64,000 nt of DNA from assembly GCA_029261065.1 (NCBI GenBank), contig JAJDCB010000019.1, positions 11,659 to 75,658 of the forward strand, written 5' to 3'. Made by a program: the position numbers and the translations under genes. Positions 1 through 10,438 of this stretch are shown piece after piece; position 1 is the stretch's first letter, and each line of letters starts with the position of its first letter. Source of the DNA: Candidatus Omnitrophota bacterium (GTDB taxonomy: Bacteria; Omnitrophota; Gorgyraeia; Zapsychrales; Zapsychraceae). The notes beneath the pieces are model-generated. The model was given only the letters and a program-made list of their open reading frames with translations. It did no database searches and was not told the DNA's origin.

Positions 1-1
1 A

Positions 2-379
2 CTGCTCATCAAGATAACTCGTATTTTCAGCCACCCGAACGGACAAATCAACATTATCTCTCAGACCATACTTTTCGGCTAAACTATGACCCAACTCAAT
101 ATTGTTAGGTGTTATATCAAATCCACACACATCAAACCCAATCTTAGCAAATCGAACGGCACTCGCACCATTACCACAACCAAAATCTAGAAGTGTTCTT
201 CTCCCTTTTTGATATTCTCTAAGCACACATTCATACATAAACCAATAGGAATTCCATGGCCTTGATTCTGTTCCTAACACAGGATCAAACGTGATATCTT
301 TGACTGCATTCTTATCAGAAAATTGGCTGTAATACTCTCGCTCTCTCTGCTGACGTTCTGTCAGTTTATGACTATCCAT
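2..379 (-). CDS. Class I SAM-dependent methyltransferase (5' part; runs off window edge)
   Basis: Manually translated, not in ORF track: GGAGG RBS, ATG at 379, MDSHKLTERQQRERE...LLDFGCGNG...VCGFDI (SAM motif I and acidic motif II); open to the window start. Confidence 0.85.
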   Translation of the reverse strand, partial: MDSHKLTERQQREREYYSQFSDKNAVKDITFDPVLGTESRPWNSYWFMYECVLREYQKGRRTLLDFGCGNGASAVRFAKIGFDVCGFDITPNNIELGHSLAEKYGLRDNVDLSVRVAENTSYLDEQ

Positions 380-553
380 ACTGCTTCCTCCCGCCAGGAT
401 CAAACCTCACAAACCCTTGCAGTCATTTTACTTAGATTTTAACAATTTATCTTGTAGATGTAAAACTATGAAGATATTGATTATATATAAGGGTAACATT
501 TATTGAGGAAACGTCAAGGGATCGAGAAAAGGAAAGCTTATGATGCCTTACAA

Positions 554-1609
554 TCAAGCCATTTTCTTTTGATAATCCACGTAGGCCAATTCTAAACCTT
601 TTCTCAGGTCAATCTTTGCCTTCCAACCTAATTGGCTCAACCTATCAACATCTAGTAATTTTCGAGGAGTTCCATCAGGCTTTGAAGTGTCCCAACTGAT
701 CTCACCATCAAAACCAATAGTATCTCGCACGATTTCAGCAATCTCTTTAATGGTATTATCAACGCCAATACCGATATTCACAAATTCGCCAATGTCGCTG
801 GCATCACATTGATTCATCAAATAAAGGCAGGCATCGGCTAAATCATCAGCATATAAAAACTCTCGATACGGAGAACCTGAACCCCACATGACAACGGCTT
901 GATCACTAACACCAATTTTCTTTAAGGACTCTCTAATCTTTGATTCATCCGCTTTGGTTAAATCTTCTTCAGGACTCCCATAACGCTTAAAGTCTTTGCA
1001 AATATCATCAATTTTATTTTCTTTTAATAATTTCGCTAAATGAAATTTTCGAATCATAGCAGGCAAAACATGCGAATTTTTTAAATGATAATTATCATTT
1101 TCACCGTAAAGATTAATCGGCATGACAGAAATATAATTGGTTCCAAATTGTTCGTTATAATGTTTGCAAAGGCGAATGGCAGCAATTTTGGCAATAGCAT
1201 ACGCATCATTCGTTGGTTCCAGAAGGCCTGTGAGCAAATATTCTTCTTTTAATGGTTGCGGGGCAAGTTTAGGATAAATACAAGCTGAGCCTAAGTTCAT
1301 TAATTTTTTAACGCCAACCTTATAACTCGCTTCAACCGTATTTGATGCAATCATCAAGTTTTGGTAAATAAATTCTGCCTTATACGAATTATTCGCTAAA
1401 ATCCCGCCTACTTTAGCAGCAGCTAAAAAAACGTAATCTGGACGCTGTTCTTCAAAATACTTTTCCGTATCTTCCTGCCGCGTTAAATCTAATTGATTAT
1501 GCGTTTGGGTGAGGATATTTGTATAACCAGCCGCTTCTAAAGCACGAACGATGGCCGAACCAACCATGCCGCGATGGCCTGATACAAATATTTTAGAATC
1601 TTTTTCCAT
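554..1609 (-). CDS. fcl: GDP-L-fucose synthase
   Basis: GHRGMVGS, AAAKVGGI, YAIAK, KPDGTPRK motifs; next to gmd. Confidence 0.95.
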   Translation of the reverse strand: MEKDSKIFVSGHRGMVGSAIVRALEAAGYTNILTQTHNQLDLTRQEDTEKYFEEQRPDYVFLAAAKVGGILANNSYKAEFIYQNLMIASNTVEASYKVGVKKLMNLGSACIYPKLAPQPLKEEYLLTGLLEPTNDAYAIAKIAAIRLCKHYNEQFGTNYISVMPINLYGENDNYHLKNSHVLPAMIRKFHLAKLLKENKIDDICKDFKRYGSPEEDLTKADESKIRESLKKIGVSDQAVVMWGSGSPYREFLYADDLADACLYLMNQCDASDIGEFVNIGIGVDNTIKEIAEIVRDTIGFDGEISWDTSKPDGTPRKLLDVDRLSQLGWKAKIDLRKGLELAYVDYQKKMA

Positions 1610-1641
1610 ACTGTCCTTTTTTACTAAAATAGATTAAAACT

Positions 1642-2727
1642 CTATTCATGAAAATCCATGACCTTATAGCCTTTTTGCTTCAACAAAGCTTCTTTTTCAG
1701 CTTCCTGAAGATCGAAGGTTATCATCTCTTTCGCTAACTGTTGCATGCTATGTTTGGCTTTCCATTTTAATTTGGTTCGCGCTTTAGACGCATCACCTAA
1801 AAGTAATTCAACCTCTGTCGGACGGAAATATTTAGAATCTACCTCAACAACTGTTTTACCGCTCGCCTTATTAATTCCTTTTTCCTTAATGCCTTTACCT
1901 TGCCACTTGATAGTTATTCCAACTTCCTTAAAAACAAGATTAACAAAATCTCGCACAGAATATGTTTCACCCGTCGCCAAAACAAAATCATCTGGCTTTC
2001 TCTGCTGCATTATTCTCCACATCCCTTCCACATAATCTTTGGCATGACCCCAATCGCGCTTGGCATTAAGGTTACCTAAAAATATTTTATTCTGCAAACC
2101 CACTTTGATTCTTGCCACAGCACGCGTAATTTTTCGTGTGACAAAAGTCTCGCCTCTTAACGGAGATTCATGATTAAACAAAATACCATTACAGGCATAC
2201 ATGTTATACGCTTCGCGATAATTGACGGTAATCCAATAAGCATACAATTTTGCAACCCCATAAGGTGATCGTGGATAAAAAGGCGTTGTTTCTTTTTGAG
2301 GGGTTTCTTGAACCTTACCATAGAGCTCAGATGTTGACGCTTGATAAAACTTTGTTTTCTTTTCTAATTTTAAAATACGGATAGCTTCGAGTAATCTTAA
2401 AGGACCTAACGCATCGGAATTGGCTGTGTATTCAGGAGTCTCGAAGGAAACTTGAACATGAGATTGAGCGGCGAGATTATAAATTTCATCGGGTTGAACT
2501 TCTTGGATGATACGAATCAAATTGGTTGAATCTGTCATATCTCCATAATGGAGTTTAAATTTAACACCCTGTTCATGAGGATCACGATAGAGATGATCAA
2601 TCCGATGCGTATTAAACATTGAACTTCGTCTTTTAATACCATGAACTTCGTAACCTTTGGATAAAAGTAACTCCGTAAGATACGCGCCATCTTGACCTGT
2701 GACACCTGTAATCAAAGCTTTCTTCAT
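1642..2727 (-). CDS. gmd: GDP-mannose 4,6-dehydratase
   Basis: [43 protein letters not shown]. Confidence 0.97.
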   Translation of the reverse strand: MKKALITGVTGQDGAYLTELLLSKGYEVHGIKRRSSMFNTHRIDHLYRDPHEQGVKFKLHYGDMTDSTNLIRIIQEVQPDEIYNLAAQSHVQVSFETPEYTANSDALGPLRLLEAIRILKLEKKTKFYQASTSELYGKVQETPQKETTPFYPRSPYGVAKLYAYWITVNYREAYNMYACNGILFNHESPLRGETFVTRKITRAVARIKVGLQNKIFLGNLNAKRDWGHAKDYVEGMWRIMQQRKPDDFVLATGETYSVRDFVNLVFKEVGITIKWQGKGIKEKGINKASGKTVVEVDSKYFRPTEVELLLGDASKARTKLKWKAKHSMQQLAKEMITFDLQEAEKEALLKQKGYKVMDFHE

Positions 2728-2749
2728 ATTCTTTCTCCTACTATTTTTG

Positions 2750-3009
2750 AAGGTAGTTTCAAAAGACTAAGGCAAGAATAACCAAGGTACAAGACACAAG
2801 ATACAAAAAATAATCAAGAAACAATGTTTGAATAACCAAAAATAATTGGGTATTAAAGCATTGATGTATTGGGTATTTTTTGCCCAGCATCAAGAGACGC
2901 GGGTTCCGGCCAAAGGCCGGAATATCTTGCCCCGCCTTTTGCGGGGTCACGCCAACGGCGGGATAACTTGCACCTTGGTTATTCTTGCCATGTTCTTTTA
3001 CACTACCTT
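2750..3009 (-). repeat. Long inverted-repeat / structured element in the gmd 5' leader
   Basis: 23-bp IR 2771-2793 / 2967-2989 (one G-U pair in mRNA sense); imperfect outer IR 2750-2766 / 2994-3009; internal GC-rich hairpins 2882-2963; CAAGRYA-like heptamers 2783-2810. Confidence 0.85.
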
Positions 3010-3034
3010 TAGAATGATACCCACAAAAATATTC

Positions 3035-3063
3035 ATTGTAACCATTTACAAAAACGTTATCAA
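3035..3063 (-). promoter_or_regulatory. Sigma70-type promoter for gmd-fcl
   Basis: Minus strand TTGATA-N17-TACAAT, just downstream of the groEL terminator. Confidence 0.6.
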
Positions 3064-3065
3064 GC

Positions 3066-3100
3066 AAAAAAGGCAAGGTTCGAAAACCTTGCCTTTTTTT
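3066..3100. terminator. Intrinsic terminator of groESL (bidirectional form)
   Basis: aaaaaaggcaaggtt-cgaa-aaccttgccttttttt: perfect stem with A and T tracts, about 20 nt after the groEL stop. Confidence 0.9.
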
Positions 3101-3121
3101 CAAGTATAGAAAACAACCTGA

Positions 3122-4792
<1,671 letters not shown>

Positions 4793-4835
4793 CTAATTCG
4801 TTAATTCAATTTATCTACGGATTTTATTGATGAAT

Positions 4836-5129
4836 TTACTTCTCAACAACAGCAAAAACATCATCTTCCCGCATAATTAAAAGGTCTTCGCCTTCATTTG
4901 TTGAAATTTCTGTTCCGCTGTATTTTCCATATAAAACGCGATCGCCTACTTTAATCTCAAGAGCTTGTATTTGACCATTGTCACTGTATTTTCCTTTTCC
5001 AACAGCAACTACTTTTCCTTCTTGTGGCTTTTCTTTGGCAGTATCTGGAAGAACAATGCCCCCTTTTGATTTCGCCTCAGCTTCAAGCGTTTTTACTACA
5101 ATTCTGTCTGATAACGGTTTAATTGCCAC
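4836..5129 (-). CDS. groS: Co-chaperonin GroES
   Basis: [29 protein letters not shown]; GGAGG RBS with GTG start. Confidence 0.98.
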   Translation of the reverse strand: MAIKPLSDRIVVKTLEAEAKSKGGIVLPDTAKEKPQEGKVVAVGKGKYSDNGQIQALEIKVGDRVLYGKYSGTEISTNEGEDLLIMREDDVFAVVEK

Positions 5130-5213
5130 TGTGCTACCTCCCTTTAAGGTTTAACGTGTTGATTCTTAACTGTTTTTGCACCTAATATTATGCAAAATGG
5201 AATAAACTCTCAA

Positions 5214-5240
5214 TTAGCACTTAACTAACCAGAGTGCTAA
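5214..5240 (-). promoter_or_regulatory. CIRCE element (HrcA operator)
   Basis: Minus strand TTAGCACTC-TGGTTAGTT-AAGTGCTAA; one mismatch to TTAGCACTC-N9-GAGTGCTAA; upstream of groES. Confidence 0.92.
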
Positions 5241-5266
5241 TTTACCAAAAATTCTTTATTTGTCAA
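5239..5266 (-). promoter_or_regulatory. Sigma70-type groESL promoter
   Basis: TTGACA-N16-TAAATT with TG extension; the -10 overlaps the first CIRCE arm. Confidence 0.7.
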
Positions 5267-5349
5267 GTATTTTTATTAAATCTAAGAAATATTTTGGAAG
5301 AATAGTGAATATACTTTGGAAGATTACAAAAACAACCACAGCATTAGTA

Positions 5350-6114
5350 TTACAACACTTTACTTTCACATAAAAGTCCCAATCCTTTAAATACAAGCTG
5401 ACTATCCATATAATCTACACGCTTACCTATAAAAGAGGCCATTAAATGCGTATAACCACCCGTTACAATAACAACTGGCTTTTTTTTAAATTTTGAAGAT
5501 AACGTATCAATAAGCCCCTGACACATCGCTCCATAACCATAAAAAATTCCACAGAGAATACTTTCTTTCGTATTCTTGCCAATAAGAGATTTTGGTTTAG
5601 TAATCATCTTTACTTTAGGCAACAATGCCGCTCTTTGAAATAATGACTCCACAGAAAGTTGAATTCCTGGAATAATAAGGCCGCCCTCATAGGCGCCTTT
5701 TGATGAAATGATATCGAGAGTTATCGCTGTTCCAAAATCGATAACTATAGCAGGCGCACCATACAAACATTTAGCCGCATAAGCACCAATCAAACGATCT
5801 TCTCCTACCTCTTTAGGTCGATCATAATTATTCTTAATCGGAACCTTTAGATCCCGTCCTACAACCTTAGGTTTCAAAGAAAGCAACTTCTCAATATTTT
5901 TAACAACAACCTGTTCAACCTTAGGAACGACACTACACACGATTATCTCATCAACCTCACCTTTTTTTCTTAGACGTCTCACCAAAATTTCAAGATGTTT
6001 CTTAATCTCTCTTTGGGATAATTGTGATGAAAACTGATAAACAGGCGTGATTCTTTTTTTCAAAAGACATACGGCATTAATCGATGTGTTTCCTATATCA
6101 ACAGCTAACTTCAT
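5350..6114 (-). CDS. coaX: Type III pantothenate kinase
   Basis: AVDIGNT, SVVP, GEDR, IDFGTAIT, GGLIIPG, VTGG. Confidence 0.95.
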   Translation of the reverse strand: MKLAVDIGNTSINAVCLLKKRITPVYQFSSQLSQREIKKHLEILVRRLRKKGEVDEIIVCSVVPKVEQVVVKNIEKLLSLKPKVVGRDLKVPIKNNYDRPKEVGEDRLIGAYAAKCLYGAPAIVIDFGTAITLDIISSKGAYEGGLIIPGIQLSVESLFQRAALLPKVKMITKPKSLIGKNTKESILCGIFYGYGAMCQGLIDTLSSKFKKKPVVIVTGGYTHLMASFIGKRVDYMDSQLVFKGLGLLCESKVL

Positions 6115-8144
6115 GTCTTTTTCTTTTTTTTAGAAAGTTTTTTAAACTTTACTTTTCTTGAACGACCAACGGATTGCGGAGTTTGTAACTCTTTAATTTT
6201 ATCACGAATCGTTGCCGCTTTTTCAAATTGTAGATTGCGCGCGGCTAAATCCATTGCACGCTCTAATTCTGATATATAATTTGATAACTCATACTCTTCC
6301 GGTTTTTGTCCCACCGCATCAAGAATAATATTTTCAACCTCACCATCAGCTAATTGTTCAATACCATCACGTATCGCTTTTTTAATCGTTTGAGGTGTAA
6401 TATTATGCTTTTTATTAAAAGCTAATTGAATTTTCCGACGACGATCACATTCTGAAATCGTTGCCTTCATCGCAAGACTTGACGAATCAGCATACATAAT
6501 GACAAGCCCATTTATATTACGCGCCGCTCGCCCGGATGTTTGAATAAGAGATGTTTGTGACCTTAAAAAACCCTGCTTATCGGCATCAAAAATAACAACC
6601 AAAGACACCTCTGGCAAATCTAACCCTTCTCTTAATAAGTTAACCCCAACCAAACAATCAAACTTCTTCATACGCAACTCTTTTAAAATCTTTGTACGAT
6701 CAATCGTTTGAATATCAGAATGAAGATATTTAACACTTAAGCCCTGTTCTAACAAATAGTCTGTTAAGTCCTCTGACATTCTTTTCGTTAATGTTGTCAC
6801 AAGCACGCGCTCATTTTTCTTTGATCGTATTTTCACCTCTTTAACCAAATCATCAACCTGCCCCTCAGTAGGCCTTATTTCAATAGGAGGATCAACAATA
6901 CCTGTAGGACGAATGATTTGTTCCACAACCTTACCTCGATCTTCCGTTAATTCATAAGGGCCCGGTGTTGCCGAAACATAAATGCGTTGACCGATTGATT
7001 TTTTAAATTCAGCAAATTTTAAAGGTCTATTATCCAAACAAGAAGGCAATCGAAATCCATGTTTAACCAACATTTCTTTACGCGAACGGTCCCCTTCATA
7101 CATACCACGTGATTGTGGAACCGTCACATGAGACTCATCAATCAGGGTTATAAAATCTTTGGGGAAATAATCGATTAAACAAAAAGGCCTTGCCCCTGGT
7201 GGACGACCGGATAACGAACGTGAATAATTCTCAATCCCATGACAATAACCCATCTCCGTCATCATTTCCATATCATAACGTGTCCGTGAATCTAGGCGTT
7301 GGGCTTCGGCAAGCTTACCTTCTTTATTTAATTTGGCAACTTGCCCTTTCAGCTCTTGTTCTATTTCACCCAACCCTTTCTCAATTCTTTCAGAGGAGGT
7401 TACAAAATGTTTGGCTGGGTATATAGCCGTTTTATTCAGGACTTGTAATTCTTTACCTGAAATAGGATCGATTTGAAGAATCTTTTCTATCTCATCTCCA
7501 AAAAACTGAATTTGAAGGGCATCCTGTCGATAAGCAGGATATATCTCAACAACATCACCTCGCACGCGAAAAGATCCGCGCGTAAAATCAAAATCATTGC
7601 GCTCATACTGAATATCAATCAGTTTTAACAACACCTCATCTCGATCAATCTCCTGCCCTTTTTCCAAATACAACAAATTTTCTTTATAAACTTCTGGAGA
7701 GCCTAAACTGTAAATACATGATACGCTTGACACAACAATCACATCCTGACGAGACATCAACGAAGTTGTGGATGACAACCTTAATCGATCCAAACGATCA
7801 TTAATCGAGGCGTCTTTTTCTATATAAATATCTGTTTGAGGAATGTAGGCTTCTGGTTGGTAATAGTCATAATAGCTGACAAAGTACTCAACAGCATTAT
7901 GAGGAAAAAACTCTTTAAATTCACTGTAGAGTTGGGCGGCAAGAGTTTTATTATGCGAGATAACAAGTGTAGGGCGATTAACCTTTTCAATGACATTCGC
8001 TAAGGTAAACGTCTTTCCACTTCCTGTCACCCCCAACAATACTTGCGAGGGCATCTTAGCTTCTATGCCTTTAACCAATTGATCAACGGCTGTAAGTTGC
8101 TCAACAACTGGCTTAAACTTGCTTTCAAGAATAAATTTATCCAT
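6111..8144 (-). CDS. uvrB: Excinuclease ABC subunit B
   Basis: GVTGSGKT, HNKTLAAQL, YYDYYQPEAY, DESH, NLLREGLDLPEV, C-terminal UVR domain. Confidence 0.98.
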   Translation of the reverse strand: MDKFILESKFKPVVEQLTAVDQLVKGIEAKMPSQVLLGVTGSGKTFTLANVIEKVNRPTLVISHNKTLAAQLYSEFKEFFPHNAVEYFVSYYDYYQPEAYIPQTDIYIEKDASINDRLDRLRLSSTTSLMSRQDVIVVSSVSCIYSLGSPEVYKENLLYLEKGQEIDRDEVLLKLIDIQYERNDFDFTRGSFRVRGDVVEIYPAYRQDALQIQFFGDEIEKILQIDPISGKELQVLNKTAIYPAKHFVTSSERIEKGLGEIEQELKGQVAKLNKEGKLAEAQRLDSRTRYDMEMMTEMGYCHGIENYSRSLSGRPPGARPFCLIDYFPKDFITLIDESHVTVPQSRGMYEGDRSRKEMLVKHGFRLPSCLDNRPLKFAEFKKSIGQRIYVSATPGPYELTEDRGKVVEQIIRPTGIVDPPIEIRPTEGQVDDLVKEVKIRSKKNERVLVTTLTKRMSEDLTDYLLEQGLSVKYLHSDIQTIDRTKILKELRMKKFDCLVGVNLLREGLDLPEVSLVVIFDADKQGFLRSQTSLIQTSGRAARNINGLVIMYADSSSLAMKATISECDRRRKIQLAFNKKHNITPQTIKKAIRDGIEQLADGEVENIILDAVGQKPEEYELSNYISELERAMDLAARNLQFEKAATIRDKIKELQTPQSVGRSRKVKFKKLSKKKKKT

Positions 8145-8166
8145 GACGAGATTTTAACCTAAAATG

Positions 8167-8224
8167 AAAAAACCCTGATTCATCTAAGAGATAACAAATG
8201 TTTCTTATCTCCCAGTAACCGGGG
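8167..8224 (-). terminator. Long hairpin plus U-tract; probable terminator upstream of uvrB
   Basis: Minus strand ccccggtt-a-ctgggagataa...ttatctcttag-atg-aatcaggg-tttttt; most mismatches read as G-U in this orientation. Confidence 0.55.
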
Positions 8225-8243
8225 ACCTTAACCAACATAACAA

Positions 8244-8693
8244 TTAAATTTTTCCTTCGACATCTTTCATAAAACGATTAATAAGCTTATCGTTTCTATA
8301 CTTAAATGTCGTTTTCACATAAACTGTCGATACCTTTAAATAACGAACTTCCAGTTCCACAACATTACCTGCTCCCGCCCTAAGAAATATATTGGCACGA
8401 GCGTAACCACGCCTTAAGAAACTAGAAGGTTTTTTTACATCTACGAAAAATAAAGCTTGAAGATCTTCTTTCGTTTTGGTGGCTAGACTCCGTTCATATA
8501 TTGCAGGATCAACCGTATTTGTCACTGTCCATCCAAATTCTTCGCTTGTTTTTATAACAGCCTTAAAAACATCATCATATTCCGCATAAAATTTCTGTTT
8601 ATAAGAATATTTATCAGCGATATATTGGGGGACAGTGACAGAGGCGCAACCTGAAAACATGACGCAAAAAACTATGACCAACCATTTCTTCAT
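8244..8693 (-). CDS. Putative lipoprotein of unknown function
   Basis: MKK, hydrophobic stretch and lipobox FSGC. Confidence 0.7.
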   Translation of the reverse strand: MKKWLVIVFCVMFSGCASVTVPQYIADKYSYKQKFYAEYDDVFKAVIKTSEEFGWTVTNTVDPAIYERSLATKTKEDLQALFFVDVKKPSSFLRRGYARANIFLRAGAGNVVELEVRYLKVSTVYVKTTFKYRNDKLINRFMKDVEGKI

Positions 8694-8733
8694 ATGCTTT
8701 ACACTCTTATCTTTTTAGAAAGATGTAATTTAA

Positions 8734-9048
8734 CTAACAAATTTTACCATGCTTATATGGTCTATTTTTGTTAACTTCACATTTTTCTGAAATTTCTTTT
8801 TCAATATCAATCCCTAGCCCTCCGCATAAATCTAGAAGACGGATAAAGGTATCAGCTAGCTCTTCTTTAAAATTGGCTTCATCTTGATGACGATGAGCTT
8901 CCATCGCTTCGGCTAACTCAGTAACAACAAGCATTAAAGCCTCACCAATATTTCTTTCTTTTTCCCAAAACCCTTTTTCCTTAGCAATGCTATGGCACGT
9001 TTGTGCTAACTCACTAAGTGATTGTCCTTTAATTTCTGTTTCTGGCAC
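8734..9048 (-). CDS. MazG-like all-alpha NTP pyrophosphohydrolase
   Basis: TELAEAMEA...EELADTFIR (ExxE / EExxD motifs); start moved to GTG at 9048, behind GGAGG. Confidence 0.8.
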   Translation of the reverse strand: MPETEIKGQSLSELAQTCHSIAKEKGFWEKERNIGEALMLVVTELAEAMEAHRHQDEANFKEELADTFIRLLDLCGGLGIDIEKEISEKCEVNKNRPYKHGKIC

Positions 9049-9709
9049 GGAACACCTCCATATCGTTTGGTAAGTTAGAGTCGACACTAACTTTTGTGTT
9101 GGTATAAATATCCACCCACTCTAATCTCTGCGCGTGTAATGCCACACGACGAAATTTAATTGAATAATCCCGGGCAATCGCATACTTTCTTTCTCCCAGG
9201 AGTGGATGACCTAATAAATTAAAATGAATCCGAATTTGATTGCTACGGCCAGTAATCGGCATTACCTCTACTATACTAAATCCTTTACCTACCGCAAGCA
9301 CTTTATAATCCGTTATAGCGGGCTTAGGCGCACTATGCATAAGATATTTTTTTTGATCAAGACTTTTAATGGGATGCTTAATTTGACCTTCTTTTTGACT
9401 AAGTTGTCCATGGACAAATGCTATATACGTTTTCTTAACCGCTCTATCTTTAAAAACATCCATCATCTTTTGTTGATTAGATTTTCCTTTTGCAAAAAGA
9501 ATAACCCCTGAGGTATCACGATCGAGCCGATGACAAGGATGAAGTTTCTGATTATTTTTGGTTTGAGCTTTTTGAAAATTAACAATATGGATAAGGGTAT
9601 TTTCTTCTTTTTTAGGTGTTGGAACAACAAGAAGTCCCGAAGGTTTATCGAAAACGATGTAATGTTCATCTTCGTGAAGGACAGGAATTAATTTTTTGAG
9701 ATTGACCAC
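9029..9709 (-). CDS. RluA-family pseudouridine synthase (no S4 domain)
   Basis: DKPSGL, HRLDRDTSG catalytic motif, TGRSNQIR, ALHA. Confidence 0.92.
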   Translation of the reverse strand: MVNLKKLIPVLHEDEHYIVFDKPSGLLVVPTPKKEENTLIHIVNFQKAQTKNNQKLHPCHRLDRDTSGVILFAKGKSNQQKMMDVFKDRAVKKTYIAFVHGQLSQKEGQIKHPIKSLDQKKYLMHSAPKPAITDYKVLAVGKGFSIVEVMPITGRSNQIRIHFNLLGHPLLGERKYAIARDYSIKFRRVALHAQRLEWVDIYTNTKVSVDSNLPNDMEVFRARNRN

Positions 9710-9735
9710 AATAAGCTATGAATAACAATTAGATG

Positions 9736-10092
9736 TTATTCGTCTTTCTCTAAATATTCGGAAATATAATCGGCAATTAACTCTGAATCTTTAACAGAAA
9801 TATCGTTAAAAAAAATGGCCACATTATAATGATCTTTTGGATTGGATATTTCTTCTATACGAACAACAACTCCAGAGCAGGAAATACGTTTAGTTGCTTG
9901 TTTCCCATTTCTTGTTATAGGCAGAAGCAGTTGCGTTTTGATCTTAGTCATCGGCTCAATATACCGACTAACGCGACAATACGCACCACTACGGGATATA
10001 TTTTCTGTCTCTGTCACAATATCACCATCCTCTTGGCACAACTTTAAAGGGATGCTATTATCAAGTCTGTGATCTTTTCTGCGTTCTGGCAT
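9736..10092 (-). CDS. Single-domain PilZ protein
   Basis: RxxxR (RKDHR) and NxSxxG (NISRSG). Confidence 0.85.
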   Translation of the reverse strand: MPERRKDHRLDNSIPLKLCQEDGDIVTETENISRSGAYCRVSRYIEPMTKIKTQLLLPITRNGKQATKRISCSGVVVRIEEISNPKDHYNVAIFFNDISVKDSELIADYISEYLEKDE

Positions 10093-10215
10093 GTGAGTCT
10101 AAGGATAAACAATGTAAAACTGTTGTTAATCAGAGGTATTAAACCAACCTGGAATTTCGTTAAAGCTTCGAAATTCCTAAATTAAAAAAAAGAACACCAT
10201 TGAAACGATTAGAAA

Positions 10216-10386
10216 TTAAGCTTCAGCGCCTGCAGCTGCTTCTTTATCTTTTTTTACTTTTGCTTGATAAGCCGTTTTATTAGCATAATACAATCCATTA
10301 CGATAATAACGTTTGACGCGCTTAAGAGCCTTTCCGGTCCCCGCACACTTTTTTGCCACTTCATTATCTTTCTTCTTTTCAGACAT
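10216..10386 (-). CDS. Small basic hypothetical protein (56 aa)
   Basis: Not in ORF track; AAGGAG RBS, ATG at 10386, TAA at 10216-10218; MSEKKKDNEVAKKCAGTGKALKRVKRYYRNGLYYANKTAYQAKVKKDKEAAAGAEA. Confidence 0.75.
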   Translation of the reverse strand: MSEKKKDNEVAKKCAGTGKALKRVKRYYRNGLYYANKTAYQAKVKKDKEAAAGAEA

Positions 10387-10438
10387 GAAACTCTACTCCT
10401 TTTCTCTTTTTATACTACGATATCACCCTATTTGTATT

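Noticed and set aside
895-1040. Insertion of about 35 aa in Fcl
   Set aside because: A long-form Fcl variant I recall from other bacteria; no intein motifs.
2771-2989. Possible CRISPR array, tRNA or autonomous IS
   Set aside because: Repeats are inverted rather than direct with spacers; no T-loop or anticodon cloverleaf; no transposase; no obvious target-site duplication.
2759-3109. ORFs 2759-3103 (-) and 2846-3109 (+)
   Set aside because: They cross the terminator, promoter and inverted repeats, have no RBS, and share peptide (CTLVILA) only because of the inverted repeat; artefacts of a non-coding element.
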